A DNA stretch of 32,178 bases, from NCBI GenBank assembly GCA_039683575.1, contig JBDKRC010000070.1, positions 1-32,178 of the forward strand, in the 5' to 3' direction. This DNA comes from Armatimonadia bacterium (GTDB lineage Bacteria > Armatimonadota > Zipacnadia > Zipacnadales > UBA11051). Positions 8,411-18,022 of this stretch are shown one piece after another. A program made the position numbers and the translations under genes. A model generated the notes under the pieces. It saw only the letters and a program-made list of their open reading frames with translations. It was not told the origin of the DNA and made no database searches. The first letter of the stretch is position 1. Every line of letters begins with the position of its first letter.

Positions 8411-10381
8411 GTGAAAAGGTGTGCTTTCCTCAGAAACCTGAGCATTATTTTGGGCCTTGCCGTGCTGGGCATGGGCCTGTTGGCCCCGCTAAGCCATGCC
8501 GCCCCCACGGGCGAGGCCGCGACCAGGGCCGCGACGGACGTGGTTCTCAGCGAAGGCTTCGAGGCTCAGATTCCAGACTTGCACACCTACCGTGCGGCCT
8601 ATGCCGGGGATAAGGCCCGCGCCCACACGGGCGCCCAGTCTTTGCGTGTAACCCCGGCGGAGGGCTCCGGCGGCGCGTACTTCCGGCTTGATGGTGTCGT
8701 GGACGGCCATTCCGACTATGAATTCTCGGCCTGGGTTTGGGCAGCGAACACCGGGGGCGTGCAGCTCTACATGTCGGCAAGTGATGGCAAGCAGCGGCAT
8801 ACCAAGGCCCAGTCCTCCGGCGGGGTCGAGGGCCGGTGGTCACTCATTACAGGCGCCTTGCGTGGCGAGGACTGGCGTGAGACTGACCGCGAAGTCATGC
8901 TGGCGATGGTGACCTCGGGTGAGAGCTGGTTCGATGACGTGGTGGTGCGCAAGACCCGCCTGCCGAAACCGCCCATTGCTACCTACCCGGCCATCGCAGC
9001 GGCCCTGCGTTCCCAGATTGAGAGACACGCCGTCACCTTGCAGCCCGGCGCCGAGTTGTCGCTCGACGGCCGCTCCGGCGTCCTGGCACCGGGCTTTGAC
9101 CCTGAGGAGAAGCTGTCGGCGGGGCAGGACAGAATGGAGATCCCTGCCGATGGGATGCTGGCGTTTGCGGTCGATGCCCCTCGGGCCATGTATGTGACCG
9201 GGACTCTGGAACTGGAGCCCGACAGCGACCTCAGGCCCGGCTTGCGCGCCACAGTCCTGTGCGATGACACGGTGATTGCCGCGCCGATGGTCAACTTCCC
9301 CGCCGGATGGCAAAGCGAGGGCAACGCGCTTACCGGACCGGCTCCGCTGTGCGCCGGTGAGCGCCCGGAGAGCCGCGTCCAGCTAGTCACATGGTTCATG
9401 CCTGCGGGAAGACACACGATCATGGTGGCTGGTCCCCACTTCAGGCCGGCGGGGCGCTTCATACGGCTGCAACTGCGCGGTCTGGACCGTGCTGCGCAAG
9501 AGCCGCTGTACCAGTTCGCCCTGGCGTCTGACACCCATTTGGGGACTGGCAGGGCAAACTGGATGAACGACAAGCTCGACGGCCCAGCACAGGTGCAACT
9601 CGCAGAGACACTGGCCGACCTGCGGGCCGAGAAGACCAGGTTCATCATCCTCGCCGGCGACATGACCAACCATTCCGAGCGATCTGAGTTCGAAAGCCTG
9701 GGCCGGATCTGCCGCGACAGCGGTATTACCGTATACGGGTGCATCGGCAACCACGACGGCTACCAGTCCACGTCCCGTCCCTGGGCCCTGGAGCTCTGCC
9801 CGGGCCTGTTCCCGTCTGGGGCCACTGACTACGTATTCAAAGAGGGCCCGCTGCGGTTCATCGTCATGGATGGCTCGTACTGGAAGAATGCCGACGGGAC
9901 GCTCACGGACTTCTATGACCCCAAGACGGCTCGCGGTGTGGGTCCGAGGCCCGAGCAGGTGGAGTGGCTACGCCAGACTCTGGCAGCCGACATGAAGACG
10001 CCGACCCTGTTTGTCTGGCACTACCCACTATACAGCCGCAAGGGGCTGTCCTCCTGCGGCTACAAGCTTCCGGGCTCGGCGGTGGGCCCGGACGTGCTGC
10101 AAGCCCTAACCAGCGCTCCCAATGTGCGAGGTGCGCTCTGCGGGCACACGCATTGGAATGAGTACAACCAGCCGTCGGGACAGTATCACCTGGTAAACCC
10201 GTCCTTCTGCGAATGGCCCAACGCCTACCGGGTGTTTCGGGTGTACCCTGACCGCGTGGAATGGGAACTGCGGCAGGTGCGGAACCGGGGCTTTGTGCGA
10301 GAGTCCTTCACACCCCGCAAGGCGCTCTCCTGGATGATCTCCACGGGCGAGGGCGACCTGTCGGGCCAGTTCGGCCTATAG
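8411..10381 (+). CDS. Secreted calcineurin-like metallophosphoesterase (Icc/CpdA-type fold) with an N-terminal CBM4/9-like domain
   Basis: 656 aa with GGAGGAG RBS and signal peptide (...LLAPLSHA). All five metal-binding motifs occur in order in the C-terminal ~290 aa: SDTH, GDMT, GNHD, WHYP, GHTH. The N-terminal stretch SEGFE...AHTGAQSLRV...YEFSAWV...WFDDVVV is typical of a CBM4_9-like jelly roll. Confidence 0.85.
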   Translation: MKRCAFLRNLSIILGLAVLGMGLLAPLSHAAPTGEAATRAATDVVLSEGFEAQIPDLHTYRAAYAGDKARAHTGAQSLRVTPAEGSGGAYFRLDGVVDGHSDYEFSAWVWAANTGGVQLYMSASDGKQRHTKAQSSGGVEGRWSLITGALRGEDWRETDREVMLAMVTSGESWFDDVVVRKTRLPKPPIATYPAIAAALRSQIERHAVTLQPGAELSLDGRSGVLAPGFDPEEKLSAGQDRMEIPADGMLAFAVDAPRAMYVTGTLELEPDSDLRPGLRATVLCDDTVIAAPMVNFPAGWQSEGNALTGPAPLCAGERPESRVQLVTWFMPAGRHTIMVAGPHFRPAGRFIRLQLRGLDRAAQEPLYQFALASDTHLGTGRANWMNDKLDGPAQVQLAETLADLRAEKTRFIILAGDMTNHSERSEFESLGRICRDSGITVYGCIGNHDGYQSTSRPWALELCPGLFPSGATDYVFKEGPLRFIVMDGSYWKNADGTLTDFYDPKTARGVGPRPEQVEWLRQTLAADMKTPTLFVWHYPLYSRKGLSSCGYKLPGSAVGPDVLQALTSAPNVRGALCGHTHWNEYNQPSGQYHLVNPSFCEWPNAYRVFRVYPDRVEWELRQVRNRGFVRESFTPRKALSWMISTGEGDLSGQFGL

Positions 10382-10408
10382 CAAACGGGATAGGAAGGGA
10401 GCAAGCTG

Positions 10409-12064
10409 ATGAGAGCGCATCTGTACCTTTGCCTGCTGGCAATCTGTGGAATCGTGCCATGTGCCCATGCTGCTGACACCAAGCTCGAAGGCGTCTTCTC
10501 AGACACCACCACGAAGTGGATCGCGGGGCATCGTGATACCCGCGCGCCCAAGCCTGTGACGACCGAGTTCGGTCCAGGCTACGAGTTTGAGTGCGATTTC
10601 GCACTGACTGACCCGGCCTACCCGCGCTGCCACTGGGATGCCGCCTTCGGTCCCGAGAGCCTTGCCGCCTATCCATCCTTCGCCTTCAGGCTCCACGTCA
10701 AGAATGCCTCAGCGGTGCAGTCGGTCTCAATCTACCTGCAGAGCGGCGCGGGGTGGTATCTGCTAAAGGGGTTGCAGGCGCCAGAGGAAGGATGGAACGA
10801 GGTCGTCCTCGATCGGTTGGGAGGCGTACGGGTCGAGGGCACGCCCACGGGCTGGGAGGCGATCGACCGGCTGCGTCTGAACGTGTTCCCGGCCACGAAG
10901 GGCACTGCGACGATCCAGATCGCCGGAATGCGAGTCAGCACCACGCGACTGCCCTTGCCGACGCCGCCACTGTTTCAGGTGCCCGAAAGCGACCGGCAAC
11001 TGCCGCGCCAGGTGCAGCGTGACGCCGCCGGGCGGCTGCTGCAAACACGCATGATACTCGACGAGTCGGGGAAGTTCATCACCGAACAGGACCAGCTTCT
11101 GGACCGCATCACGCGCGCTGGCTTCAACGCTTTCATGCCGTGTGTGTGGCATGGACGCGGTGCGCTCTATCGCTCGGATATGACGGTCGTTGATCCGGGC
11201 TTCGCCGCGCACTTTGAGGGTGGCAAGGACCCTCTCGCGGAGCTGATCCGCAAGGCCCATGCCCGGGGTATGGAAGTGCATCCGTGGTTCTGCGTCTCGT
11301 ACCGTGGCAACCCCGATCCCCATCCGGAGTTTGCGTCCGAAGGCGTGCCGAAGGGGGCCTATGATCTGCATGACCCCGCCTATCGCGCGCTCATCGTCAA
11401 GGAAATGGTCGAACTGGCCCGGCGCTACGATGTGGATGGGATCAACCTCGACTACATCCGCACTCAGGGCGTCTCGTACAGCGAGATCGCCCGCGCGGCG
11501 TACCAGCAGCGTTACGGTGTGAGCATGGACGAGACGCGCGGGCAGGCCACGCCCGAGGCTAAACAGCGCCTGCTGGAGTTCCAGGAAGCGGCGGTGACCG
11601 AACTCGTTCGCGCAGTGCGGGAGGGGCTGCTGCAGGTGCGGCCGCGGGCCATTCTCTCCGTCTGCGGTCACCCTCTGCCCAAGCCGCAATTGCAGATCGA
11701 GGGGCGCAACGAATGGGTCTGGCTGGAGCGCGATCTGATCGACATCGCCTATTCGATGGACTATAGCTGGCGTCCCAGCTTCTTCAAGTTCGATGAGGCG
11801 CGCGCGACCTCCGTAGCCCCCGAGCAGATGGTCCTGATGCTGGGGAACTATGACAACGACCAGAACGGCAAGGTGGTGTCACGGACGGCAGAGCAGGTGT
11901 CGCGGCTGGTGGATTACGCGCTCTTGAAGTACCCGACGAATGGGGTGGCACTGTACTGGTACGGGTCGCTGGACGAGGCGCAGATCGCGGCCCTGCGGTC
12001 TGGCCCATTCCGCGAACCGGCAGTGGCGAGTTGGACTGTGAAGCGGGCGAGGCCCCAGAACTAG
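10409..12064 (+). CDS. Secreted glycoside hydrolase-like family 10 (GHL10/DUF187, YddW-like) protein with an N-terminal CBM-like beta-sandwich
   Basis: 551 aa with signal peptide (...VPCAHA). GHL10 motifs AGFNAFMPCVWHGRGALYRS, DPLAELIRKAHARGMEVHPWF and YDVDGINLDYIR. Confidence 0.85.
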   Translation: MRAHLYLCLLAICGIVPCAHAADTKLEGVFSDTTTKWIAGHRDTRAPKPVTTEFGPGYEFECDFALTDPAYPRCHWDAAFGPESLAAYPSFAFRLHVKNASAVQSVSIYLQSGAGWYLLKGLQAPEEGWNEVVLDRLGGVRVEGTPTGWEAIDRLRLNVFPATKGTATIQIAGMRVSTTRLPLPTPPLFQVPESDRQLPRQVQRDAAGRLLQTRMILDESGKFITEQDQLLDRITRAGFNAFMPCVWHGRGALYRSDMTVVDPGFAAHFEGGKDPLAELIRKAHARGMEVHPWFCVSYRGNPDPHPEFASEGVPKGAYDLHDPAYRALIVKEMVELARRYDVDGINLDYIRTQGVSYSEIARAAYQQRYGVSMDETRGQATPEAKQRLLEFQEAAVTELVRAVREGLLQVRPRAILSVCGHPLPKPQLQIEGRNEWVWLERDLIDIAYSMDYSWRPSFFKFDEARATSVAPEQMVLMLGNYDNDQNGKVVSRTAEQVSRLVDYALLKYPTNGVALYWYGSLDEAQIAALRSGPFREPAVASWTVKRARPQN

Positions 12065-12145
12065 CCTCCACCGCTCGAGATGGCTCTTCGCATTCCATTG
12101 GCGGCCGTTGCGAAGCCCACAAGCCTGTCTCTTAGGAGGACGCCC

Positions 12146-14929
12146 ATGAGGTTGCCCTTGTCCCTGCTGGCCGCTCTGGCGCTGCTCGCGCCTGCCCATG
12201 GCGAGAACTGGCAGTGGTCACCGCTCACAGCGCCTCTGCCTGGGAAGCTGGTCGGCCCGGCCGTTGTCAGCCAACCGCTTGAGGTGGGTAACCCGTTGCT
12301 GCAGAAGATCAAGGAGAACCTCTACGAGGTGCCTTGGGCGCCCGGTGAGGCAGTTCTGCTGCAGCCCCGGCCCAGCGCGACAACGCTCAGCGCCTTTGGC
12401 TTCTGGCGTGGTCCGCGAGAATACCAGCTTCTGGTCCGACAGGGCGGGCAATGGCGGGCGGTCACCCCGTCAAGCACGGCTGCCGTGAAGGAGCCACGGC
12501 TGGCCTATTTCGGCCATGGAGTCTCCGGCCAGCCTCTGAACTGGACCGGACCGGCGCAGATAATCGCTGTTGGCTCCGGTGGGGCAGAGGGCCTTGAGAT
12601 CACCCGTGTGCCGTTATTCGAGGCCGGGTGCACGCTCATGGTACTCGAGCGAGGTGAGCGAGAACTGCGGCAGGCGCGTGACTTCCTGGGCTGGATGAGG
12701 CCCGCGGCACCGCAGCTCGTACGGCGTGTGGCTGACTGCCAGGCCGGAATTGACGCCACCCGCGAACAACTGCGACAGCAGACGAGGGGCCTGCTCGAGA
12801 CCTACCAGGCCCTGCCTGAGCCGCGCTATGCGCTTGAGAACCTGGCCTTCTTCAGCCGTCTTTACCGCCGCAGCAAGGGCTTTGACAAGATTGGTGACCC
12901 GGAGGTCTGGACGCGGGTCTTCTACGGCCGGCCGGAGTTCGCGCCCTGTGTGGAGGTGCGCAAAGCCGCGCAGGAGGCACTGTGGGCGCAGCGTCCGCAG
13001 ACGCTGGCGGCCGAAGTCGCGCGGGTCTTTAGCCCGCAGGCCGCCTTTGGCGCCTCCATCACCCATGGTCTGGTCAAATTCCGGCGCGACCGACCCTTCC
13101 CGGAGCCGTTGCAGACCAGCTATCGAATGGTGCTTGCCCGCGAAGAGCATGAGTCCTTTCAGGTAGCCATCGCGGCACTTGGCCAGGGGCTACAGAATGT
13201 GACAGTGGACGTCGCGTGGGAGGGGGCCGGGCCGCATCCTGAGGTCGTTATGCGGCCCGTTGGCTACGTCGAGACGAAGCCGGACCCCGACAACCTCACC
13301 GAATACACCGGCTGGTGGCCGGACCCGCTCATGCCACCGGGGCCGGTGAACGTCGTGGCCGGCGAGACGCAGCCCATCTGGGGCAGTGTCCAGGCGACCC
13401 GAAGCACGCCCGCCGGAGACCACATGGCTACGATCACGGTCCGGGCCCAGGGCCTGCCGCCCCTGAAGCTCAAGCTAGCCGCCCATCTGCTCGACTTCAG
13501 CCTGGGGTTCACCCATCTCCCAAGCCTGCTGTCGCTGCGGTTGAACACGATTCAGCAGTTCTACAAGCTCGATAGCCTCTCCCAGGACGTGAAGCGCCGT
13601 TGGTACGAGTTCTGCCTGCAGTACCGCATGAACCCTAACAACATTTACAGTGCAGACTTCTACCCTGAAGAGGAGAACCTGGACTTCTGCATCGAGCGGG
13701 GCTTCAACGCCATGGTCATGATGACGCCGCCCCTGCGCCGCACCACCCGCAACAATGCCGACAACCTGCAAGTGTGGGTGAGCGACGACAACCAGGCCTT
13801 CCATCAGGCCCCCGCAGGATACAGCGTCACCCATGATGAAGAGGGCAGCATCGTCGTGAGCGGGCTCGATTTGACGGGACGCTATCTGAAGGTGCATAGC
13901 ACGCTGTCCGACGATGCCTACGAGTTCTCGCTGAAGACCCTGGAGAAGGACCGCCTTGTGGCCTACGATGGCGATCAGCGTTATACCGGCCCGGCGGCCT
14001 ACGTAGGGCGAGAAGATGGCACCAAGCCGCTGCTCAGCTTCGGTGCGACCTGGGGAGCCGCGCTGGACTATCGGAGCAGCAGTCTGGGAGTAGACCTCGG
14101 CCAGTCGCGCCATGTCAGCAAGCTTGTCCTGCGTGGCGCGTACGGAGCCACGCTGGAGCGGGTGAAACACTTCTACGAGGTCGCCAAGGCTCACGGGTTG
14201 GGGGACAAGGCGTATGTCTACGGCTTTGACGAGTGGGGCGATGTGGAACGGTATGGGGACATCAAGGCAACCTACGATGCGCTCAAGGCGGTTGCCCCCG
14301 GCATCAAGGCCAGCAGCACCGTTGTCCACCCCGTCCCGCCCATTGAGCACACCATCGACGCGTGGTGCCCCGCTCTGTGCTATGAGTTCCCCGAGTACAA
14401 GCAGGCTCGTGAGCGCGGGCAGGAGGTATGGTACTATGAGGGCGGGTGCCCCTATGACCCGTACCCGACCCACGAGTTGCTGGACGTGCCGGCGGTCGAG
14501 GCGCGGGCCTTCTTCTGGGTAGCCTGGCGCTACCAGTATGCCGGGTGGCTGCACTGGGAGCTGAACGTCTGGAGCAACAACATGGACGGGGACAAGCGCT
14601 GGCCCCAGGTGCCGTGGAATCCGGCTCGCAACGGTGTGCGTAACGGCGAGGTGGGGCGCATCTACCCCGGCCCGGACGCGACCCCGTTACCCTCGGTCCG
14701 CCTGGAGAACATGCGCGACGGCATCGAGGACTATGACTATCTCTGGCTGCTGCGGGACCGGGTCCGGAAGCTCCCGGCTGCCCACAAGCAGCGAATCGCT
14801 ACCGAGAAGCTGATCAACGACACTATCATGGAGCTCTGCCCGTCGCGGGCGCACTTCGAGCGCGACCCCGCGAGGGTTTTGGCGCTACATGAGAAGCTGG
14901 GGCTCGCTCTGGAGCGGCTCAACCAGTAA
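12146..14929 (+). CDS. Secreted GH123-like / DUF4091 glycoside hydrolase (putative beta-N-acetylgalactosaminidase) with an inserted discoidin-like domain
   Basis: Start moved from 12080 to the ATG at 12146 (AGGAGG RBS, then signal peptide MRLPLSLLAALALLAPAHG; 927 aa). GH123 N-domain-like motifs LAREEHESFQVAI and GWWPDPL. DE pair in YVYGFDEW (14228-14233). DUF4091 signature PSVRLENMRDGIEDYDYLWLL. Confidence 0.8.
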   Translation: MRLPLSLLAALALLAPAHGENWQWSPLTAPLPGKLVGPAVVSQPLEVGNPLLQKIKENLYEVPWAPGEAVLLQPRPSATTLSAFGFWRGPREYQLLVRQGGQWRAVTPSSTAAVKEPRLAYFGHGVSGQPLNWTGPAQIIAVGSGGAEGLEITRVPLFEAGCTLMVLERGERELRQARDFLGWMRPAAPQLVRRVADCQAGIDATREQLRQQTRGLLETYQALPEPRYALENLAFFSRLYRRSKGFDKIGDPEVWTRVFYGRPEFAPCVEVRKAAQEALWAQRPQTLAAEVARVFSPQAAFGASITHGLVKFRRDRPFPEPLQTSYRMVLAREEHESFQVAIAALGQGLQNVTVDVAWEGAGPHPEVVMRPVGYVETKPDPDNLTEYTGWWPDPLMPPGPVNVVAGETQPIWGSVQATRSTPAGDHMATITVRAQGLPPLKLKLAAHLLDFSLGFTHLPSLLSLRLNTIQQFYKLDSLSQDVKRRWYEFCLQYRMNPNNIYSADFYPEEENLDFCIERGFNAMVMMTPPLRRTTRNNADNLQVWVSDDNQAFHQAPAGYSVTHDEEGSIVVSGLDLTGRYLKVHSTLSDDAYEFSLKTLEKDRLVAYDGDQRYTGPAAYVGREDGTKPLLSFGATWGAALDYRSSSLGVDLGQSRHVSKLVLRGAYGATLERVKHFYEVAKAHGLGDKAYVYGFDEWGDVERYGDIKATYDALKAVAPGIKASSTVVHPVPPIEHTIDAWCPALCYEFPEYKQARERGQEVWYYEGGCPYDPYPTHELLDVPAVEARAFFWVAWRYQYAGWLHWELNVWSNNMDGDKRWPQVPWNPARNGVRNGEVGRIYPGPDATPLPSVRLENMRDGIEDYDYLWLLRDRVRKLPAAHKQRIATEKLINDTIMELCPSRAHFERDPARVLALHEKLGLALERLNQ

Positions 14930-14958
14930 TACACCCTTCATTCCTTAGGAGGATGACC

Positions 14959-17900
14959 ATGCGTTTGACTACTGTGTGTTTGCTGTTGGCAGTGACGTGC
15001 TTTGCCTGGGCCCAGACCGGCCCGACGACCATCGGCGGAGTTACCTACAAGACCATTGACCCTGGCGGTCCGTTCACTGAAGGGGCCAGACCGATCCAGG
15101 ACTGGACGCCGCCTGCCCCCACCGCTACTGAAACCGCCGCAGGGATGATGGCCTACGTGGCCCCGGACCCCGGCGACTACCGGTCGTACAGGCTGCCGAA
15201 GCCGACTGAGCGCGTGGACCGCCTGCAGGCTTTCCTGACGCCGGGCGAAGACGAGGCCGTGACCTTTGGGCTCTACACACTTGCCGATGTGAAAGGCCTC
15301 ACAGTCGCGGTTGATCTCAAAGGCGCTCCGTTGAACCTGGATATTCGCCACGAGCACTGCTGGCCGCAACGCACGGGCTGGCGCTCCCGGCAGTGGTATC
15401 TCACCCCGGAGTTGCTTCTGCCCTGCGCCAATGGCAAGAAGATGGTGCCCTTTGAGCGTGGGCTCCTGCAGGAGACCGACTTCGACGTCGCAGCCGGGCA
15501 GTCGCAGGGCATCTGGCTGACACTCGCCGCCCCCGAGGGTGCGAAGCCGGGACGTTACACGGCCGTTGTCTCGGTGAGCAGCGCCGGCAAGGCTCCGCTG
15601 CAGCTGCCGTTGGCGATTGAGGTGCTGCCCTTCAGGCTCCAGCGCCCCGCCGACCGCTACTGGCTGCTGTACGCTGACGCGGCGCGCTGGACGAACATGA
15701 GCGACGCGCAGATAACGGCGGAGATGCGTGATTACGCGCGGCATGGTATGACAGGCTTCGTCTCCATCGGCCTCGGCAAGCCGGACCTGTCGGGCCTGAA
15801 AGAAGGCAAGGTCACCTACGATGCCAGTGCCTACCGTCGGTGGACGATCCTGGGCCGCGATGCTGGGGTGCCGGGGCCGCACGTTATCAACTCAGCGGGG
15901 GTTGGGCCGGTTCGTGATGTGGTGGCCCCGGGGACCGATCTGAACCGCGGTGAGTGGCCGCAGGCGGTTAAGAACGGTGTGCAGGCCGTGGCTCGCGCCG
16001 CGGTCGAGGCAACCCGCGACGCCCCCCGCTGGTACTACTATGGCGTGGATGAGCCGACCGGCGAGAACACCTTCGCGATTCAGGACTATCAGGCGTGGCA
16101 TGACGGCGGCGCTCCGACGTACGCGACCTTCTATGTGCCCAGCTTCCTTGAGAAGGCCAGTGGCTTCCTGACCGCCCCCTGCTTCGTCGTGGGCCTGGTA
16201 AGCGCAGAGAAGACTGCCGCCGAGGCTCGTGAGGCCTGCGAGAAGACCGGCTCGGAGTTCTGGTGGTATGGAACCGGCTCCTACGTGAACCCCTTCCCCC
16301 AGGAAGGCTTCATGTTCCACAACCGCTACGGCGCAGGGCTGCTGTTTTGGAAGACTGGCGCGAAGGCCCAGGCGAGTTGGACCTTCTGCCGCCCGCATGA
16401 GGACGTTTTCAATGACTTCGATGGCAGCCGGGCCAACAGCTCCGAGCCCAAGGAGCAGTGCACGGCCTACCCCCACCTGCTCAAGCCGGACGACTGGACA
16501 ACCTATCAGGGCGCGATCCCAACCATCGCCTGGGAGTCTCTGCGTGAAGGCAAAGACGACTACCTGTACCTCTACACGCTGTCCACACTCATCAAGCAGG
16601 CGCAGGCGAGCGGCAATCCCGGAGCCGCGCTGGCCGCTGCAGACGCGCAGGCCATGCTGGACGGCTTGGTCAGCAGCGTGGCATGGGTTAACCCGATGGG
16701 GCCCGTCGGCTTTGAGACCAGCCGCCTGCAGCAGGTGCGCCGGATGGTTGCCGACCGCATCGTAATTCTGCAGAACGTACTCGCCGGACAGGCCTACAAG
16801 CCGTCAGCGCAGCCCGGTCAGCGCTTCGACTTGCTGGTTCGCACCGCCGCCACGCCGCGCAAGGGCTCCCTGCCCGTGCTGGCAGTGGCCAAGGCGGACG
16901 GGGTCCCCGCCATTGACGGCAAGCTCGATGACGCTTGCTGGAAGAGCGCCGCCGTCGCGGGTGACTTCGTGGACATCCGCACCGGGGCGCTGGCAAAGCT
17001 GAAGACCACCGCCCGCGTGATGAGCGATGACAAGGCGCTATACGTTGGCTTCGAGTGCCCCGAGCCGGCGATGGCGGAGGTAGCGGCGAAGGTTAATGAC
17101 CATGATGGTATGGTCTGGATGGAGGATGGCATCGAACTGTTCATGGCGGGGGCCGCGCGCAAGCCATACGCTCACATGATTGTGACCACCGGCAACGTCG
17201 TGCTCGATGAGGCGAATCAGGATGCGCAGGCATGGAATCCGAAGCTGCAGACGGCCGTGAGCAAGGGCAATAACGGCTGGTCGGTGGAGATTGCCGTGCC
17301 GTGGTCTGAGCTGGCCAAGGCAGGCGTCAAGCGCGAGCCGCTGATGACGTTCAACTTCGGCCGCAGCCGCTACACCGGTGAAGACCCGCAGACCCACACG
17401 GCATGGTCGGCCACCTACAGCGGCTTTCACGTGCCAGAACGGTTTGGCATGGGCTTCATGGAGCAGGGGACGCTGACGCTGACAGACGTCAAAGTGCCCG
17501 ACCAGTGGGGAGCGCAGAAGGTCAGTGTGACGCTCAAGAACACCAGTGGGCAGAAGGCCGACGTCGAGGTGAGCCTGGGCAAGCGCGACTGCCGGATGGT
17601 GACCATCGGGGCGGGTCAACAGGCTACGGTTGAGTTTCCTGTGTCCCTGCGGAGGCCCGGTGACCGCATCTTGCAGCTAAGCTGGGGTCTCGTCGGCCAG
17701 CCCTCCGCCACTCTGGGCCTTGCCGTTGCTGTCCCCGACCCCATCACGACCAGTGTGACCGGCGGGCTGGTCCAGACGGGGCAGGTCGTGGAACTGACGC
17801 TAGACGTCAGTCTCGCGCCTGCCGAGTGGCCTCGCCACAAACTTGTGCTGAGGTCCGTGGGGCAGACGACAACGCAGACGGTGCTGCAGGTGCGCCCCGG

Positions 17901-18021
17901 GCAGTCGGTCAGGCTCCCGCAGTGTGCGGCTGGGCCCGTAAAGCTGCAGATGCTCCTGGTGAATGAGTTTGGCCGTACGGTATGGGAGAGCCAGCCGCAG
18001 TCGTTCATGGTCCTGCGGTAG
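14959..18021 (+). CDS. Secreted GH123-like / DUF4091 glycoside hydrolase fused to a CBM9-like domain and C-terminal beta domains
   Basis: AGGAGG at 14947-14952 favours the second ATG (14959) over 14953. Signal peptide MRLTTVCLLLAVTCFAWA-Q. Motifs TPGEDEAVTF, WYYYGVDEP (DE at 16048-16053), PTIAWESLREGKDDYLYL (DUF4091-like), then PAIDGKLDDACW (CBM9-like). Confidence 0.75.
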   Translation: MRLTTVCLLLAVTCFAWAQTGPTTIGGVTYKTIDPGGPFTEGARPIQDWTPPAPTATETAAGMMAYVAPDPGDYRSYRLPKPTERVDRLQAFLTPGEDEAVTFGLYTLADVKGLTVAVDLKGAPLNLDIRHEHCWPQRTGWRSRQWYLTPELLLPCANGKKMVPFERGLLQETDFDVAAGQSQGIWLTLAAPEGAKPGRYTAVVSVSSAGKAPLQLPLAIEVLPFRLQRPADRYWLLYADAARWTNMSDAQITAEMRDYARHGMTGFVSIGLGKPDLSGLKEGKVTYDASAYRRWTILGRDAGVPGPHVINSAGVGPVRDVVAPGTDLNRGEWPQAVKNGVQAVARAAVEATRDAPRWYYYGVDEPTGENTFAIQDYQAWHDGGAPTYATFYVPSFLEKASGFLTAPCFVVGLVSAEKTAAEAREACEKTGSEFWWYGTGSYVNPFPQEGFMFHNRYGAGLLFWKTGAKAQASWTFCRPHEDVFNDFDGSRANSSEPKEQCTAYPHLLKPDDWTTYQGAIPTIAWESLREGKDDYLYLYTLSTLIKQAQASGNPGAALAAADAQAMLDGLVSSVAWVNPMGPVGFETSRLQQVRRMVADRIVILQNVLAGQAYKPSAQPGQRFDLLVRTAATPRKGSLPVLAVAKADGVPAIDGKLDDACWKSAAVAGDFVDIRTGALAKLKTTARVMSDDKALYVGFECPEPAMAEVAAKVNDHDGMVWMEDGIELFMAGAARKPYAHMIVTTGNVVLDEANQDAQAWNPKLQTAVSKGNNGWSVEIAVPWSELAKAGVKREPLMTFNFGRSRYTGEDPQTHTAWSATYSGFHVPERFGMGFMEQGTLTLTDVKVPDQWGAQKVSVTLKNTSGQKADVEVSLGKRDCRMVTIGAGQQATVEFPVSLRRPGDRILQLSWGLVGQPSATLGLAVAVPDPITTSVTGGLVQTGQVVELTLDVSLAPAEWPRHKLVLRSVGQTTTQTVLQVRPGQSVRLPQCAAGPVKLQMLLVNEFGRTVWESQPQSFMVLR

Positions 18022-18022
18022 C

